Part shown: piece by piece, positions 1-15,000 of the stretch
Numbering within the stretch: position 1 is the first letter of the stretch
Layout: each line of letters opens with the position of its first letter
Source: Tubulanus polymorphus
Taxonomy: Eukaryota > Animalia > Nemertea
Reading direction: 5' to 3'
NCBI RefSeq assembly: GCF_964204645.1
Contig: NC_134028.1
Location: 17,181,653-17,245,652 of the forward strand
Length of the DNA stretch: 64,000 nucleotides
Notes under the pieces: generated by a model
What the model was told of the DNA's origin: nothing
The model's database searches: none
The model's input: only the letters and a program-made list of their open reading frames with translations
Translations under genes and position numbers: made by a program

Positions 1-3000
1 CCCGCGACAATTCAATATTTTGGTTTTATCGCCCGCGACAATTCATTATTTTTGTTTTGTCGCCTGCGACAATTCACCATTTTGGTTTTGTCACCCGCGA
101 CAATTCATTATTTTGGTTTTATCGCCGCGACAATTCATTATTTTAGTTTTATCGCCCGCGACAATTCATTATTTTGGTTTTGTCGCACCGACAATTCTTT
201 TTTTGGTTTTGTCGCCCGCGACAATTCATTAATTTGGTTTTGTCGCCCGCGTTAATTCATTAGTCTGGTTTTGTCGCCCGCGACAATTCAATATTTTGGT
301 TTTGTCGCCCGCGACAATTCAATATTTTGGTTTTATCGCCCGCGACAATTCATTACTTTAGTTTTATCTCCAGCGACAATTCATTATTTTGGTTTTGTCG
401 CCAGCGACAATTCACCATTTTGGTTTTGTCGCCCGCGACAATTCACCGATTTGGTTTTGTCACCCGCGACAATTCATTATTTTGGTTTTATCGCCCGCGA
501 CAATTCATTATTTTGGTTTTGTCGCCCCGGCAATTCTTTTTTTTGGTTTTGTCGCCCGCGACAATTCATTATTTTAGTTTTATCGCCCGCGACAATTCAA
601 TATTTTGGTTTTATCACCCGCGACAATTCATTATTTTAGTTTTATCGCCCGCGACAATTCAATATTTTGGTTTTGTCGCCTGCGACAATTCAATATTTTG
701 GTTTTATCGCCCGCGACAATTCATTATTTTATCAATTCATTTTTTGGATTTGTCGCCCATGACAATTCAATATTTTGGTTTTATCGCCCGCGACAATTCA
801 TTATTTTGGTTTTATCGCCCGCGACAATTCATTATTTTGGTTTTGTCGCACACGACAATGGCGACAATTCAAGATTTTGGTTTTATCGCCCACGACAATT
901 CAATATTTTGGTTTTATCGCCCGCGACAATTCATTATTTTGGTTTTATCGCCCGCGACAATTTTTTTCTCTTTTTGTCGCGGTTTTATCGCCTGCGACAA
1001 TTCAATATTTTGGTTTTATCGCCCGCAACAATTCATTATTTTGGTTTTGTATTTTGTTTTTGTCGCCCGCGACAATTTTTTTTAATGGTTTTGTCGCCCG
1101 CGACAATTCAATATTTTGGTTTTATCGCCCGCAACAATTCATTATTTTGGTTTTGTATTTTGTTTTTGTCGCCCGCGACAATTTTTTTTAATGGTTTTGT
1201 CGCCCGCGACAATTCAATATTTTAGTTTTATCGACCGCGACAATTCATTATTTTGGTTTTATCGCCCGCGACAATTCATTATTTTGGTTTTGTCGCCCCG
1301 ACAATTCTTTTTTTTGGTTTTGTCGCCGGCGACAATTCATTAGTCTGGTTTTGTCGCCCGCGACAATTCAATATTTTGGTTTTATCACCCGCGACAATTC
1401 ATTATTTTGGTTTTGTCGCCCCGACAATTCTTTTTTTTGGTTTTGTCGCCGGCGACAATTCATTAGTCTGGTTTTATCGCCCACGACAATTCACTACTTT
1501 GGTTTTATCGCCAGCGACAATTCATTATTTTGGTTTTGTCGACCGCGACAATTCATTATTTTGGTTTTATCGCCCGCGACAATTCATTATTTTGGTTTTG
1601 TCACCCGAGACAATTCATCATTTTGGTTTTATCGCCCGCGACAATTCACCATTTTGGTTTTGTCGCCCGCGACAATTCACCGTTTTGGTTTTGTCGCCCC
1701 CACAATTCTTTTTTTGGTTTTGTCGCCCGCGACAATTCATTAGTTTGGTTTTGTCGCTTGCGACAATTCATTATTTTGGTTTTGTCGCCCGCGAAAATTC
1801 AATATTTTGGTTTTATCGCCCACGACAATTCACTACTTTGGTTTTATCGCCAGCGACAATTCATTATTTTGGTTTTGTCGACCGCGACAATTCATTATTT
1901 TGGTTTTATCGCCCGCGACAATTCACCATTTTGGTTTTGTCACCCACGACAATTCATTATTTTGGTTTTATCGCCGCGACAATTCATTATTTTAGTTTTA
2001 TCGCCCGCGACAATTCATTATTTTGGTTTTGTCGCACCGACAATTCTTTTTTTGGTTTTGTCGCCCGCGACAATTCATTAATTTGGTTTTGTCGCCCGCG
2101 TTAATTCATTAGTCTGGTTTTGTCGCCCGCGACAATTCAATATTTTGGTTTTGTCGCCCGCGACAATTCACCATTTTGGTTTTGTCGCCCACGACAATTC
2201 ATTATTTTGGTTTTGTCGCCAGCGACAATTCACCATTTTGGTTTTGTCGCCCACGACAATTCATTATTTTGGTTTTGTCGCCAGCGACAATTCACCATTT
2301 TGGTTTTGTCGCCCGCGACAATTCACCGTTTTGGTTTTGTCACCCGCGACAATTCATTATTTTGGTTTTATCGCCCGCGACAATTCATTATTTTGGTTTT
2401 GTCGCCCCGACAATTCTTTTTTTTGGTTTTGTCGCCCGCGACAATTCATTATTTTAGTTTTATCGCCCGCGACAATTCAATATTTTGGTTTTATCACCCG
2501 CGACAATTCATTATTTTAGTTTTATCGCCCGCGACAATTCAATATTTTGGTTTTGTCGCCTGCGACAATTCAATATTTTGGTTTTATCGCCCGCGACAAT
2601 TCATTACTTTAGTTTTATCTCCAGCGACAATTCATTATTTTGGTTTTGTCGCCCGGGATAATTCTTCTTTTTGGTTTTGTCGCCCGCAACAATTCATTAT
2701 TTTGGTTTTATATTTTGTTTAGTTGCCCGCGACAATTTTTTTTTGGTTTTGTCGCCCACGACAATTCATTATTTTGGTTTTGTCGCACGCGACAATAGCG
2801 ACAATTCAAGATTTTGGTTTTATCGCCCGCGACAATTCATTTTTTGGATTTGTCGCCCACGACAATTCAATATTTTGGTTTTATCGCCCGCGACAATTCA
2901 TTATTTTGGTTTTATCGCCCGCGACAATTCATTATTTTGGTTTTGTCACCCGAGACAATTCATCATTTTGGTTTTATCGCCCGCGACAATTCATTATTTT

Positions 3001-6000
3001 GGTTTTGTCCCCCGCGACAATTCACCATTTTGGTTTTGTCGCCTGGACAATTCACCATTTTGGTTTTGTCGCCCGCGACGATTCATTATTTTGGTTTTGT
3101 CGCCCCCACAATTCTTTTTTTGGTTTTGTCGCCCGCGACAATTCATTAGTTTGGTTTTGTCGCTTGCGACAATTCATTATTTTGGTTTTGTCGCCCGCGA
3201 AAATTCAATATTTTGGTTTTATCGCCCACGACAATTCACTACTTTGGTTTTATCGCCAGCGACAATTCATTATTTTGGTTTTGTCGACTGCGACAATTCA
3301 TTATTTTGGTTTTATCGCCCGCGACAATTCATTTTTTGGATTTGTCGCCCACGACAATTCAATATTTTGGTTTTATGGCCTGCGACAATTCATTATTTTA
3401 TCAATTCATTTTTTGGATTTGTCGCCCATGACAATTCAATATTTTGGTTTTATCGCCGCGACAATTCATTATTTTAGTTTTATCGCCCGCGACAATTCAT
3501 TATTTTGGTTTTGTCGCACCGACAATTCTTTTTTTGGTTTTGTCGCCCGCGACAATTCATTAATTTGGTTTTGTCGCCCGCGTTAATTCATTAGTCTGGT
3601 TTTGTCGCCCGCGACAAGTCAATATTTTGGTTTTGTCGCCCGCGACAATTCAATATTTTGGTTTTATCGCCCGCGACAATTCATTACTTTAGTTTTATCT
3701 CCAGCGACAATTCATTATTTTGGTTTTGTCGCCCAGGACAATTCTTCTTTTTGGTTTTGTCGCCCGCAACAATTCATTATTTTGGTTTTATATTTTGTTT
3801 TAGTTGCCCGCGACAATTTTTTTTTTGGTTTTGTCGCCCGCGATAATTCATTATTTTGGTTTTATCGCCCGCGACAATTCATTATTTTGGTTTTATCGCC
3901 CGCGACAATTCATTATTTTCGTTTTGTCACCCGAGACAATTCATCATTTTGGTTTTATCGCCCGCGACAATTCATTATTTTGGTTTTGTCGCCCGCGACA
4001 TCTCACCATTTTGGTTTTGTCGCCCACGACAATTCATTATTTTGGTTTTGTCGCCAGCGACAATTCACCATTTTGGTTTTGTCGCCCGCGACAATTCACC
4101 GTTTTGGTTTTGTCAACCGCGACAATTCATTATTTTGGTTTTATCGCCCGCGACAATTCATTATTTTGGTTTTGTCGCCCGCGACATCTCACCATTTTGG
4201 TTTTGTCGCCCACGACAATTCATTATTTTGGTTTTGTCGCCAGCGACAATTCACCATTTTGGTTTTGTCGCCCGCGACAATTCACCGTTTTGGTTTTGTC
4301 AACCGCGACAATTCATTATTTTGGTTTTATCGCCCGCGACAATTCATTAATTTGGTTTTGTCGCCCGCGTTAATTCATTAGTCTGGTTTTGTCGCCCGCG
4401 ACAATTCAATATTTTGGTTTTGTCGCCCGCGACAATTCAATATTTTGGTTTTATCGCCCGCGACAATTCATTACTTTAGTTTTATCTCCAGCGACAATTC
4501 ATTATTTTGGTTTTGTCGCCCAGGACAATTCTTCTTTTTGGTTTTGTCGCCCGCAACAATTCATTATTTTGGTTTTATATTTTGTTTTAGTTGCCCGCGA
4601 CAATTTTTTTTTTGGTTTTGTCGCCCGCGATAATTCATTATTTTGGTTTTATCGCCCGCGACAATTCATTATTTTGGTTTTATCGCCCGCGACAATTCAT
4701 TATTTTCGTTTTGTCACCCGAGACAATTCATCATTTTGGTTTTATCGCCCGCGACAATTCATTATTTTGGTTTTGTCGCCCGCGACATCTCACCATTTTG
4801 GTTTTGTCGCCCACGACAATTCATTATTTTGGTTTTGTCGCCAGCGACAATTCACCATTTTGGTTTTGTCGCCCGCGACAATTCACCGTTTTGGTTTTGT
4901 CACCCGCGACAATTCATTATTTTGGTTTTGTCGCCCCCACAATTCTTTTTTTGGTTTTGTCGCCCGCGACAATTCATTAGTTTGGTTTTGTCGCTTGCGA
5001 CAATTCATTATTTTGGTTTTGTCGCCCGCGAAAATTCAATATTTTGGTTTTATCGCCCACGACAATTCACTACTTTGGTTTTATCGCCAGCGACAATTCA
5101 TTATTTTGGTTTTGTCGACTGCGACAATTCATTATTTTGGTTTTATCGCCCGCGACAATTCATTTTTTGGATTTGTCGCCCACGACAATTCAATATTTTG
5201 GTTTTATGGCCTGCGACAATTCATTATTTTATCAATTCATTTTTTGGATTTGTCGCCCATGACAATTCAATATTTTGGTTTTATCGCCGCGACAATTCAT
5301 TATTTTAGTTTTATCGCCCGCGACAATTCATTATTTTGGTTTTGTCGCACCGACAATTCTTTTTTTGGTTTTGTCGCCCGCGACAATTCATTAATTTGGT
5401 TTTGTCGCCCGCGTTAATTCATTAGTCTGGTTTTGTCGCCCGCGACAATTCAATATTTTGGTTTTGTCGCCCGCGACAATTCAATATTTTGGTTTTATCG
5501 CCCGCGACAATTCATTACTTTAGTTTTATCTCCAGCGACAATTCATTATTTTGGTTTTGTCGCCCAGGACAATTCTTCTTTTTGGTTTTGTCGCCCGCAA
5601 CAATTCATTATTTTGGTTTTATATTTTGTTTTAGTTGCCCGCGACAATTTTTTTTTTGGTTTTGTCGCCCGCGATAATTCATTATTTTGGTTTTATCGCC
5701 CGCGACAATTCATTATTTTGGTTTTATCGCCCGCGACAATTCATTATTTTCGTTTTGTCACCCGAGACAATTCATCATTTTGGTTTTATCGCCCGCGACA
5801 ATTCATTATTTTGGTTTTGTCGCCCGCGACATCTCACCATTTTGGTTTTGTCGCCCACGACAATTCATTATTTTGGTTTTGTCGCCAGCGACAATTCACC
5901 ATTTTGGTTTTGTCGCCCGCGACAATTCACCGTTTTGGTTTTGTCAACCGCGACAATTCATTATTTTGGTTTTATCGCCCGCGACAATTCATTATTTTGG

Positions 6001-9000
6001 TTATGTCGCCCCGACAATTCTTTTTTTTGGTTTTGTCGCCCGCGACAATTCATTATTTTAGTTTTATCGCCCGCGACAATTCAATATTTTGGTTTTATCA
6101 CCCGCGACAATTCATTATTTTAGTTTTATCGCCCGCGACAATTCAATATTTTGGTTTTATCGCCTGCGACACTTCAATATTTTGGTTTTATCGCCCGCAA
6201 CAATTCATTATTTTGGTTTTGTATTTTGTTTTTGTCGCCCGCGACAATTTTTTTTAATGGTTTTGTCGCCCGCGACAATTCAATATTTTGGTTTTATCGC
6301 CCGCGACAATTCATTATTTTGGTTTTGTCGCCCGCGACAATTCACCATTTTGGTTTTGTCACCTGCGACAATTCATTATTTTGGTTTTATCGCCGCGACA
6401 ATTCATTATTTTAGTTTTATCGCCCGCGACAATTCATTATTTTGGTTTTGTCGCACCGACAATTCTTTTTTTGGTTTTGTCGCCCGCGACAATTCATTAA
6501 TTTGGTTTTGTCGCCCGCGTTAATTCATTAGTCTGGTTTTGTCGCCCGCGACAATTCAATATTTTGGTTTTATCGCCCGCGACAATTCATTACTTTAGTT
6601 TTATCTCCAGCGACAATTCATTATTTTGGTTTTGTCGCCCGGGACAATTCTTCTTTTTGGTTTTGTCGCCCGCAACAATTCACCATTTTGGTTTTGTCGC
6701 CCACGACAATTCATTATTTTGGTTTTGTCGCCCGCGACAATTCACCATTTTGGTTTTGTCGCCCACGACAATTCATTATTTTGGTTTTGTCGCCAGCGAC
6801 AATTCACCATTTTGGTTTTGTCGCCCGCGACAATTCACCGTTTTGGTTTTGTCGCCCCCACAATTCTTTTTTTGGTTTTGTCGCCCGCGACAATTCATTA
6901 TTTTGGTTTTGTCACCCGAGACAATTCATCATTTTGGTTTTATCGCCCGCGACAATTCATTATTTTGGTTTTGTCCCCCGCGACAATTCACCATTTTGGT
7001 TTTGTCGCCTGGACAATTCACCATTTTGGTTTTGTCGCCCGCGACGATTCATTATTTTGGTTTCGTCGCCCCCACAATTCTTTTTTTGGTTTTGTCGCCC
7101 GCGACAATTCATTAGTTTGGTTTTGTCGCTTGCGACAATTCATTATTTTGGTTTTGTCGCCCGCGAAAATTCAATATTTTGGTTTTATCGCCCACGACAA
7201 TTCACTACTTTGGTTTTATCGCCAGCGACAATTCATTATTTTGGATTTGTCGCCCACGACAATTCAATATTTTGGTTTTATGGCCTGCGACAATTCATTA
7301 TTTTATCAATTCATTTTTTGGATTTGTCGCCCATGACAATTCAATATTTTGGTTTTATCGCCCGCGACAATTCATTATTTTGGTTTTATCGCCCGCGACA
7401 ATTCATTATTTTGGTTTTGTCGCACACGACAATGGCGACAATTCAAGATTTTGGTTTTATCGCCCACGACAATTCAATATTTTGGTTTTATCGCCCGCGA
7501 CAATTCATTATTTTGGTTTTATCGCCCGCGACAATTTTTTTCTCTTTTTGTCGCGGTTTTATCGCCTGCGACACTTCAATATTTTGGTTTTATCGCCCGC
7601 AACAATTCATTATTTGGGTTTTGTATTTTGTTTTTGTCGCCCGCGACAATTTTTTTTAATGGTTTTGTCGCCCGCGACAATTCAATATTTTGGTTTTGTC
7701 GCCCGCGACAATTCATTAGTTTGGTTTTGTCGCTTGCGACAATTCATTATTTTGGTTTTGTCGCCCGCGAAAATTCAATATTTTGGTTTTATCGCCCACG
7801 ACAATTCACTACTTTGGTTTTATCGCCAGCGACAATTCATTATTTTGGTTTTGTCGACCGCGACAATTCATTATTTTGGTTTTATCGCCCGCGACAATTC
7901 ACCATTTTGGTTTTGTCACCCTCGACAATTCATTATTTTGGTTTTATCGCCGCGACAATTCATTATTTTAGTTTTATCGCCCGCGACAATTCATTATTTT
8001 GGTTTTGTCGCACCGACAATTCTTTTTTTGGTTTTGTCGCCCGCGACAATTCATTAATTTGGTTTTGTCGCCCGCGTTAATTCATTAGTCTGGTTTTGTC
8101 GCCCGCGACAATTCAATATTTTGGTTTTGTCGCCCGCGACAATTCACCATTTTGGTTTTGTCGCCCACGACAATTCATTATTTTGGTTTTGTCGCCAGCG
8201 ACAATTCACCATTTTGGTTTTGTCGCCCACGACAATTCATTATTTTGGTTTTGTCGCCAGCGACAATTCACCATTTTGGTTTTGTCGCCCGCGACAATTC
8301 ACCGTTTTGGTTTTGTCACCCGCGACAATTCATTATTTTGGTTTTATCGCCCGCGACAATTCATTATTTTGGTTTTGTCGCCCCGACAATTCTTTTTTTT
8401 GGTTTTGTCGCCCGCGACAATTCATTATTTTAGTTTTATCGCCCGCGACAATTCAATATTTTGGTTTTATCACCCGCGACAATTCATTATTTTAGTTTTA
8501 TCGCCCGCGACAATTCAATATTTTGGTTTTGTCGCCTGCGACAATTCAATATTTTGGTTTTATCGCCCGCGACAATTCATTACTTTAGTTTTATCTCCAG
8601 CGACAATTCATTATTTTGGTTTTGTCGCCCGGGATAATTCTTCTTTTTGGTTTTGTCGCCCGCAACAATTCATTATTTTGGTTTTATATTTTGTTTAGTT
8701 GCCCGCGACAATTTTTTTTTGGTTTTGTCGCCCACGACAATTCATTATTTTGGTTTTGTCGCACGCGACAATAGCGACAATTCAAGATTTTGGTTTTATC
8801 GCCCGCGACAATTCATTTTTTGGATTTGTCGCCCACGACAATTCAATATTTTGGTTTTATCGCCCGCGACAATTCATTATTTTGGTTTTATCGCCCGCGA
8901 CAATTCATTATTTTGGTTTTGTCACCCGAGACAATTCATCATTTTGGTTTTATCGCCCGCGACAATTCATTATTTTGGTTTTGTCCCCCGCGACAATTCA

Positions 9001-12000
9001 CCATTTTGGTTTTGTCGCCTGGACAATTCACCATTTTGGTTTTGTCGCCCGCGACGATTCACTATTTTGGTTTTGTCGCCCCCACAATTCTTTTTTTGGT
9101 TTTGTCGCCCGCGACAATTCATTAGTTTGGTTTTGTCGCTTGCGACAATTCATTATTTTGGTTTTGTCGCCCGCGAAAATTCAATATTTTGGTTTTATCG
9201 CCCACGACAATTCACTACTTTGGTTTTATCGCCAGCGACAATTCATTATTTTGGTTTTGTCGACTGCGACAATTCATTATTTTGGTTTTATCGCCCGCGA
9301 CAATTCATTTTTTGGATTTGTCGCCCACGACAATTCAATATTTTGGTTTTATGGCCTGCGACAATTCATTATTTTATCAATTCATTTTTTGGATTTGTCG
9401 CCCATGACAATTCAATATTTTGGTTTTATCGCCGCGACAATTCATTATTTTAGTTTTATCGCCCGCGACAATTCATTATTTTGGTTTTGTCGCACCGACA
9501 ATTCTTTTTTTGGTTTTGTCGCCCGCGACAATTCATTAATTTGGTTTTGTCGCCCGCGTTAATTCATTAGTCTGGTTTTGTCGCCCGCGACAATTCAATA
9601 TTTTGGTTTTGTCGCCCGCGACAATTCAATATTTTGGTTTTATCGCCCGCGACAATTCATTACTTTAGTTTTATCTCCAGCGACAATTCATTATTTTGGT
9701 TTTGTCGCCCAGGACAATTCTTCTTTTTGGTTTTGTCGCCCGCAACAATTCATTATTTTGGTTTTATATTTTGTTTTAGTTGCCCGCGACAATTTTTTTT
9801 TTGGTTTTGTCGCCCGCGATAATTCATTATTTTGGTTTTATCGCCCGCGACAATTCATTATTTTGGTTTTATCGCCCGCGACAATTCATTATTTTCGTTT
9901 TGTCACCCGAGACAATTCATCATTTTGGTTTTATCGCCCGCGACAATTCATTATTTTGGTTTTGTCGCTTGCGACAATTCATTATTTTGGTTTTGTCGCC
10001 CGCGAAAATTCATTATTTTGGTTTTATCGCCCGCGACAATTCATTATTTTGGTTTTGTCCCCCGCGACAATTCACCATTTTGGTTTTGTCGCCTGGACAA
10101 TTCACCATTTTGGTTTTGTCGCCCGCGACGATTCATTATTTTGGTTTTGTCGCCCCCACAATTCTTTTTTTGGTTTTGTCGCCCGCGACAATTCATTAGT
10201 TTGGTTTTGTCGCTTGCGACAATTCATTATTTTGGTTTTGTCGCCCGCGAAAATTCATTATTTTGGTTTTATCGCCCGCGACAATTCATTATTTTCGTTT
10301 TGTCACCCGAGACAATTCATCATTTTGGTTTTATCGCCCGCGACAATTCATTATTTTGGTTTTGTCGCCCGCGACATCTCACCATTTTGGTTTTGTCGCC
10401 CACGACAATTCATTATTTTGGTTTTGTCGCCAGCGACAATTCACCATTTTGGTTTTGTCGCCCGCGACAATTCACCGTTTTGGTTTTGTCAACCGCGACA
10501 ATTCATTATTTTGGTTTTATCGCCCGCGACAATTCATTATTTTGGTTTTGTCGCCCCGACAATTCTTTTTTTTGGTTTTGTCGCCCGCGACAATTCATTA
10601 TTTTAGTTTTATCGCCCGCGACAATTCAATATTTTGGTTTTATCACCCGCGACAATTCATTATTTTAGTTTTATCGCCCGCGACAATTCAATATTTTGGT
10701 TTTGTCGCCTGCGACAATTCAATATTTTGGTTTTATCGCCCGCGACAATTCATTACTTTAGTTTTATCTCCAGCGACAATTCATTATTTTGGTTTTGTCG
10801 CCCGGGATAATTCTTCTTTTTGGTTTTGTCGCCTGCAACAATTCATTATTTTGGTTTTATATTTTGTTTAGTTGCCCGCGACAATTTTTTTTTGGTTTTG
10901 TCGCCCACGACAATTCATTATTTTGGTTTTGTCGCACGCGACAATAGCGACAATTCAAGATTTTGGTTTTATCGCCCGCGACAATTCATTTTTTGGATTT
11001 GTCGCCCACGACAATTCAATATTTTGGTTTTATCGTCCGCGACAATTCATTATTTTGGTTTTATCGCCCGCGACAATTCATTATTTTGGTTTTGTCACCC
11101 GAGACAATTCATTAATTTGGTTTTGTCGCCCGCGTTAATTCATTAGTCTGGTTTTGTCGCCCGCGACAATTCAATATTTTGGTTTTGTCGCCCGCGACAA
11201 TTCAATATTTTGGTTTTATCGCCCGCGACAATTCATTACTTTAGTTTTATCTCCAGCGACAATTCATTATTTTGGTTTTGTCGCCCGGGACAATTCTTCT
11301 TTTTGGTTTTGTCGCCCGCAACAATTCATTATTTTGGTTTTATGTTTTGTTTTAGTTGCCCGCGACAATTTTTTTTTTGGTTTTGTCGCCCACGACAATT
11401 CAATATTTTGGTTTTATCGCCCGCGATAATTCATTATTTTGGTTTTATCGCCCGCGACAATTCATTATTTTGGTTTTATCGCCCGCGACAATTCATTATT
11501 TTGGTTTTGTCACCCGAGACAATTCATCATTTTGGTTTTATCGCCCGCGAAAATTCATTATTTTGGTTTTGTCGCCCGCGACAATTCACCATTTTGGTTT
11601 TGTCGCCCACGACAATTCATTATTTTGGTTTTGTCGCCAGCGACAATTCACCATTTTGGTTTTGTCGCCCGCGACAATTCACCGTTTTGGTTTTGTCACC
11701 CGCGACAATTCATTATTTTGGTTTTGTCGCCCCCACAATTCTTTTTTTGGTTTTGTCGCCCGCGACAATTCATTAGTTTGGTTTTGTCGCTTGCGACAAT
11801 TCATTATTTTGGTTTTGTCGCCCGCGAAAATTCAATATTTTGGTTTTATCGCCCACGACAATTCACTACTTTGGTTTTATCGCCAGCGACAATTCATTAT
11901 TTTGGTTTTGTCGACTGCGACAATTCATTATTTTGGTTTTATCGCCCGCGACAATTCTTTTTTTGGATTTGTCGCCCACGACAATTCAATATTTTGGTTT

Positions 12001-15000
12001 TATGGCCTGCGACAATTCATTATTTTATCAATTCATTTTTTGGATTTGTCGCCCATGACAATTCAATATTTTGGTTTTATCGCCGCGACAATTCATTATT
12101 TTAGTTTTATCGCCCGCGACAATTCATTATTTTGGTTTTGTCGCACCGACAATTCTTTTTTTGGTTTTGTCGCCCGCGACAATTCATTAATTTGGTTTTG
12201 TCGCCCGCGTTAATTCATTAGTCTGGTTTTGTCGCCCGCGACAATTCAATATTTTGGTTTTGTCGCCCGCGACAATTCAATATTTTGGTTTTATCGCCCG
12301 CGACAATTCATTACTTTAGTTTTATCTCCAGCGACAATTCATTATTTTGGTTTTGTCGCCCAGGACAATTCTTCTTTTTGGTTTTGTCGCCCGCAACAAT
12401 TCATTATTTTGGTTTTATATTTTGTTTTAGTTGCCCGCGACAATTTTTTTTTTGGTTTTGTCGCCCGCGATAATTCATTATTTTGGTTTTATCGCCCGCG
12501 ACAATTCATTATTTTGGTTTTATCGCCCGCGACAATTCATTATTTTCGTTTTGTCACCCGAGACAATTCATCATTTTGGTTTTATCGCCCGCGACAATTC
12601 ATTATTTTGGTTTTGTCGCCCGCGACATCTCACCATTTTGGTTTTGTCGCCCACGACAATTCATTATTTTGGTTTTGTCGCCAGCGACAATTCACCATTT
12701 TGGTTTTGTCGCCCGCGACAATTCACCGTTTTGGTTTTGTCAACCGCGACAATTCATTATTTTGGTTTTATCGCCCGCGACAATTCATTATTTTGGTTAT
12801 GTCGCCCCGACAATTCTTTTTTTTGGTTTTGTCGCCCGCGACAATTCATTATTTTAGTTTTATCGCCCGCGACAATTCAATATTTTGGTTTTATCACCCG
12901 CGACAATTCATTATTTTAGTTTTATCGCCCGCGACAATTCAATATTTTGGTTTTATCGCCTGCGACACTTCAATATTTTGGTTTTATCGCCCGCAACAAT
13001 TCATTATTTTGGTTTTGTATTTTGTTTTTGTCGCCCGCGACAATTTTTTTGAATGGTTTTGTCGCCCGCGACAATTCAATATTTTGGTTTTATCGCCCGC
13101 GACAATTCATTATTTTGGTTTTGTCGCCCGCGACAATTCACCATTTTGGTTTTGTCACCCACGACAATTCATTATTTTGGTTTTATCGCCGCGACAATTC
13201 ATTATTTTAGTTTTATCGCCCGCGACAATTCATTATTTTGGTTTTGTCGCACCGACAATTCTTTTTTTGGTTTTGTCGCCCGCGACAATTCATTAATTTG
13301 GTTTTGTCGCCCGCGTTAATTCATTAGTCTGGTTTTGTCGCCCGCGACAATTCAATATTTTGGTTTTATCGCCCGCGACAATTCATTACTTTAGTTTTAT
13401 CTCCAGCGACAATTCATTATTTTGGTTTTGTCGCCCGGGACAATTCTTCTTTTTGGTTTTGTCGCCCGCAACAATTCACCATTTTGGTTTTGTCGCCCAC
13501 GACAATTCATTATTTTGGTTTTGTCGCCCGCGACAATTCATTATTTTGGTTTTGTCGCCCGCGACAATTCACCATTTTGGTTTTGTCGCCCACGACAATT
13601 CATTATTTTGGTTTTGTCGCCAGCGACAATTCACCGTTTTGGTTTTGTCGCCCCCACAATTCTTTTTTTGGTTTTGTCGCCCGCGACAATTCATTATTTT
13701 GGTTTTGTCACCCGAGACAATTCATCATTTTGGTTTTATCGCCCGCGACAATTCATTATTTTGGTTTTGTCCCCCGCGACAATTCACCATTTTGGTTTTG
13801 TCGCCTGGACAATTCACCATTTTGGTTTTGTCGCCCGCGACGATTCATTATTTTGGTTTCGTCGCCCCCACAATTCTTTTTTTGGTTTTGTCGCCCGCGA
13901 CAATTCATTAGTTTGGTTTTGTCGCTTGCGACAATTCATTATTTTGGTTTTGTCGCCCGCGAAAATTCAATATTTTGGTTTTATCGCCCACGACAATTCA
14001 CTACTTTGGTTTTATCGCCAGCGACAATTCATTATTTTGGATTTGTCGCCCACGACAATTCAATATTTTGGTTTTATGGCCTGCGACAATTCATTATTTT
14101 ATCAATTCATTTTTTGGATTTGTCGCCCATGACAATTCAATATTTTGGTTTTATCGCCCGCGACAATTCATTATTTTGGTTTTATCGCCCGCGACAATTC
14201 ATTATTTTGGTTTTGTCGCACACGACAATGGCGACAATTCAAGATTTTGGTTTTATCGCCCACGACAATTCAATATTTTGGTTTTATCGCCCGCGACAAT
14301 TCATTATTTTGGTTTTATCGCCCGCGACAATTTTTTTCTCTTTTTGTCGCGGTTTTATCGCCTGCGACACTTCAATATTTTGGTTTTATCGCCCGCAACA
14401 ATTCATTATTTTGGTTTTGTATTTTGTTTTTGTCGCCCGCGACAATTTTTTTTAATGGTTTTGTCGCCCGCGACAATTCAATATTTTGGTTTTATCGCCC
14501 GCGACAATTCATTATTTTGGTTTTGTCGCCCGCGACAATTCACCATTTTGGTTTTGTCACCCACGACAATTCATTATTTTGGTTTTATCGCCGCGACAAT
14601 TCATTATTTTAGTTTTATCGCCCGCGACAATTCATTATTTTGGTTTTGTCGCACCGACAATTCTTTTTTTGGTTTTGTCGCCCGCGACAATTCATTAATT
14701 TGGTTTTGTCGCCCGCGTTAATTCATTAGTCTGGTTTTGTCGCCCGCGACAATTCAATATTTTGGTTTTATCGCCCGCGACAATTCATTACTTTAGTTTA
14801 TCTCCAGCGACAATTCATTATTTTGGTTTTGTCGCCCGGGACAATTCTTCTTTTTGGTTTTGTCGCCCGCAACAATTCACCATTTTGGTTTTGTCGCCCA
14901 CGACAATTCATTATTTTGGTTTTGTCGCCCGCGACAATTCACCATTTTGGTTTTGTCGCCCACGACAATTCATTATTTTGGTTTTGTCGCCAGCGAATAT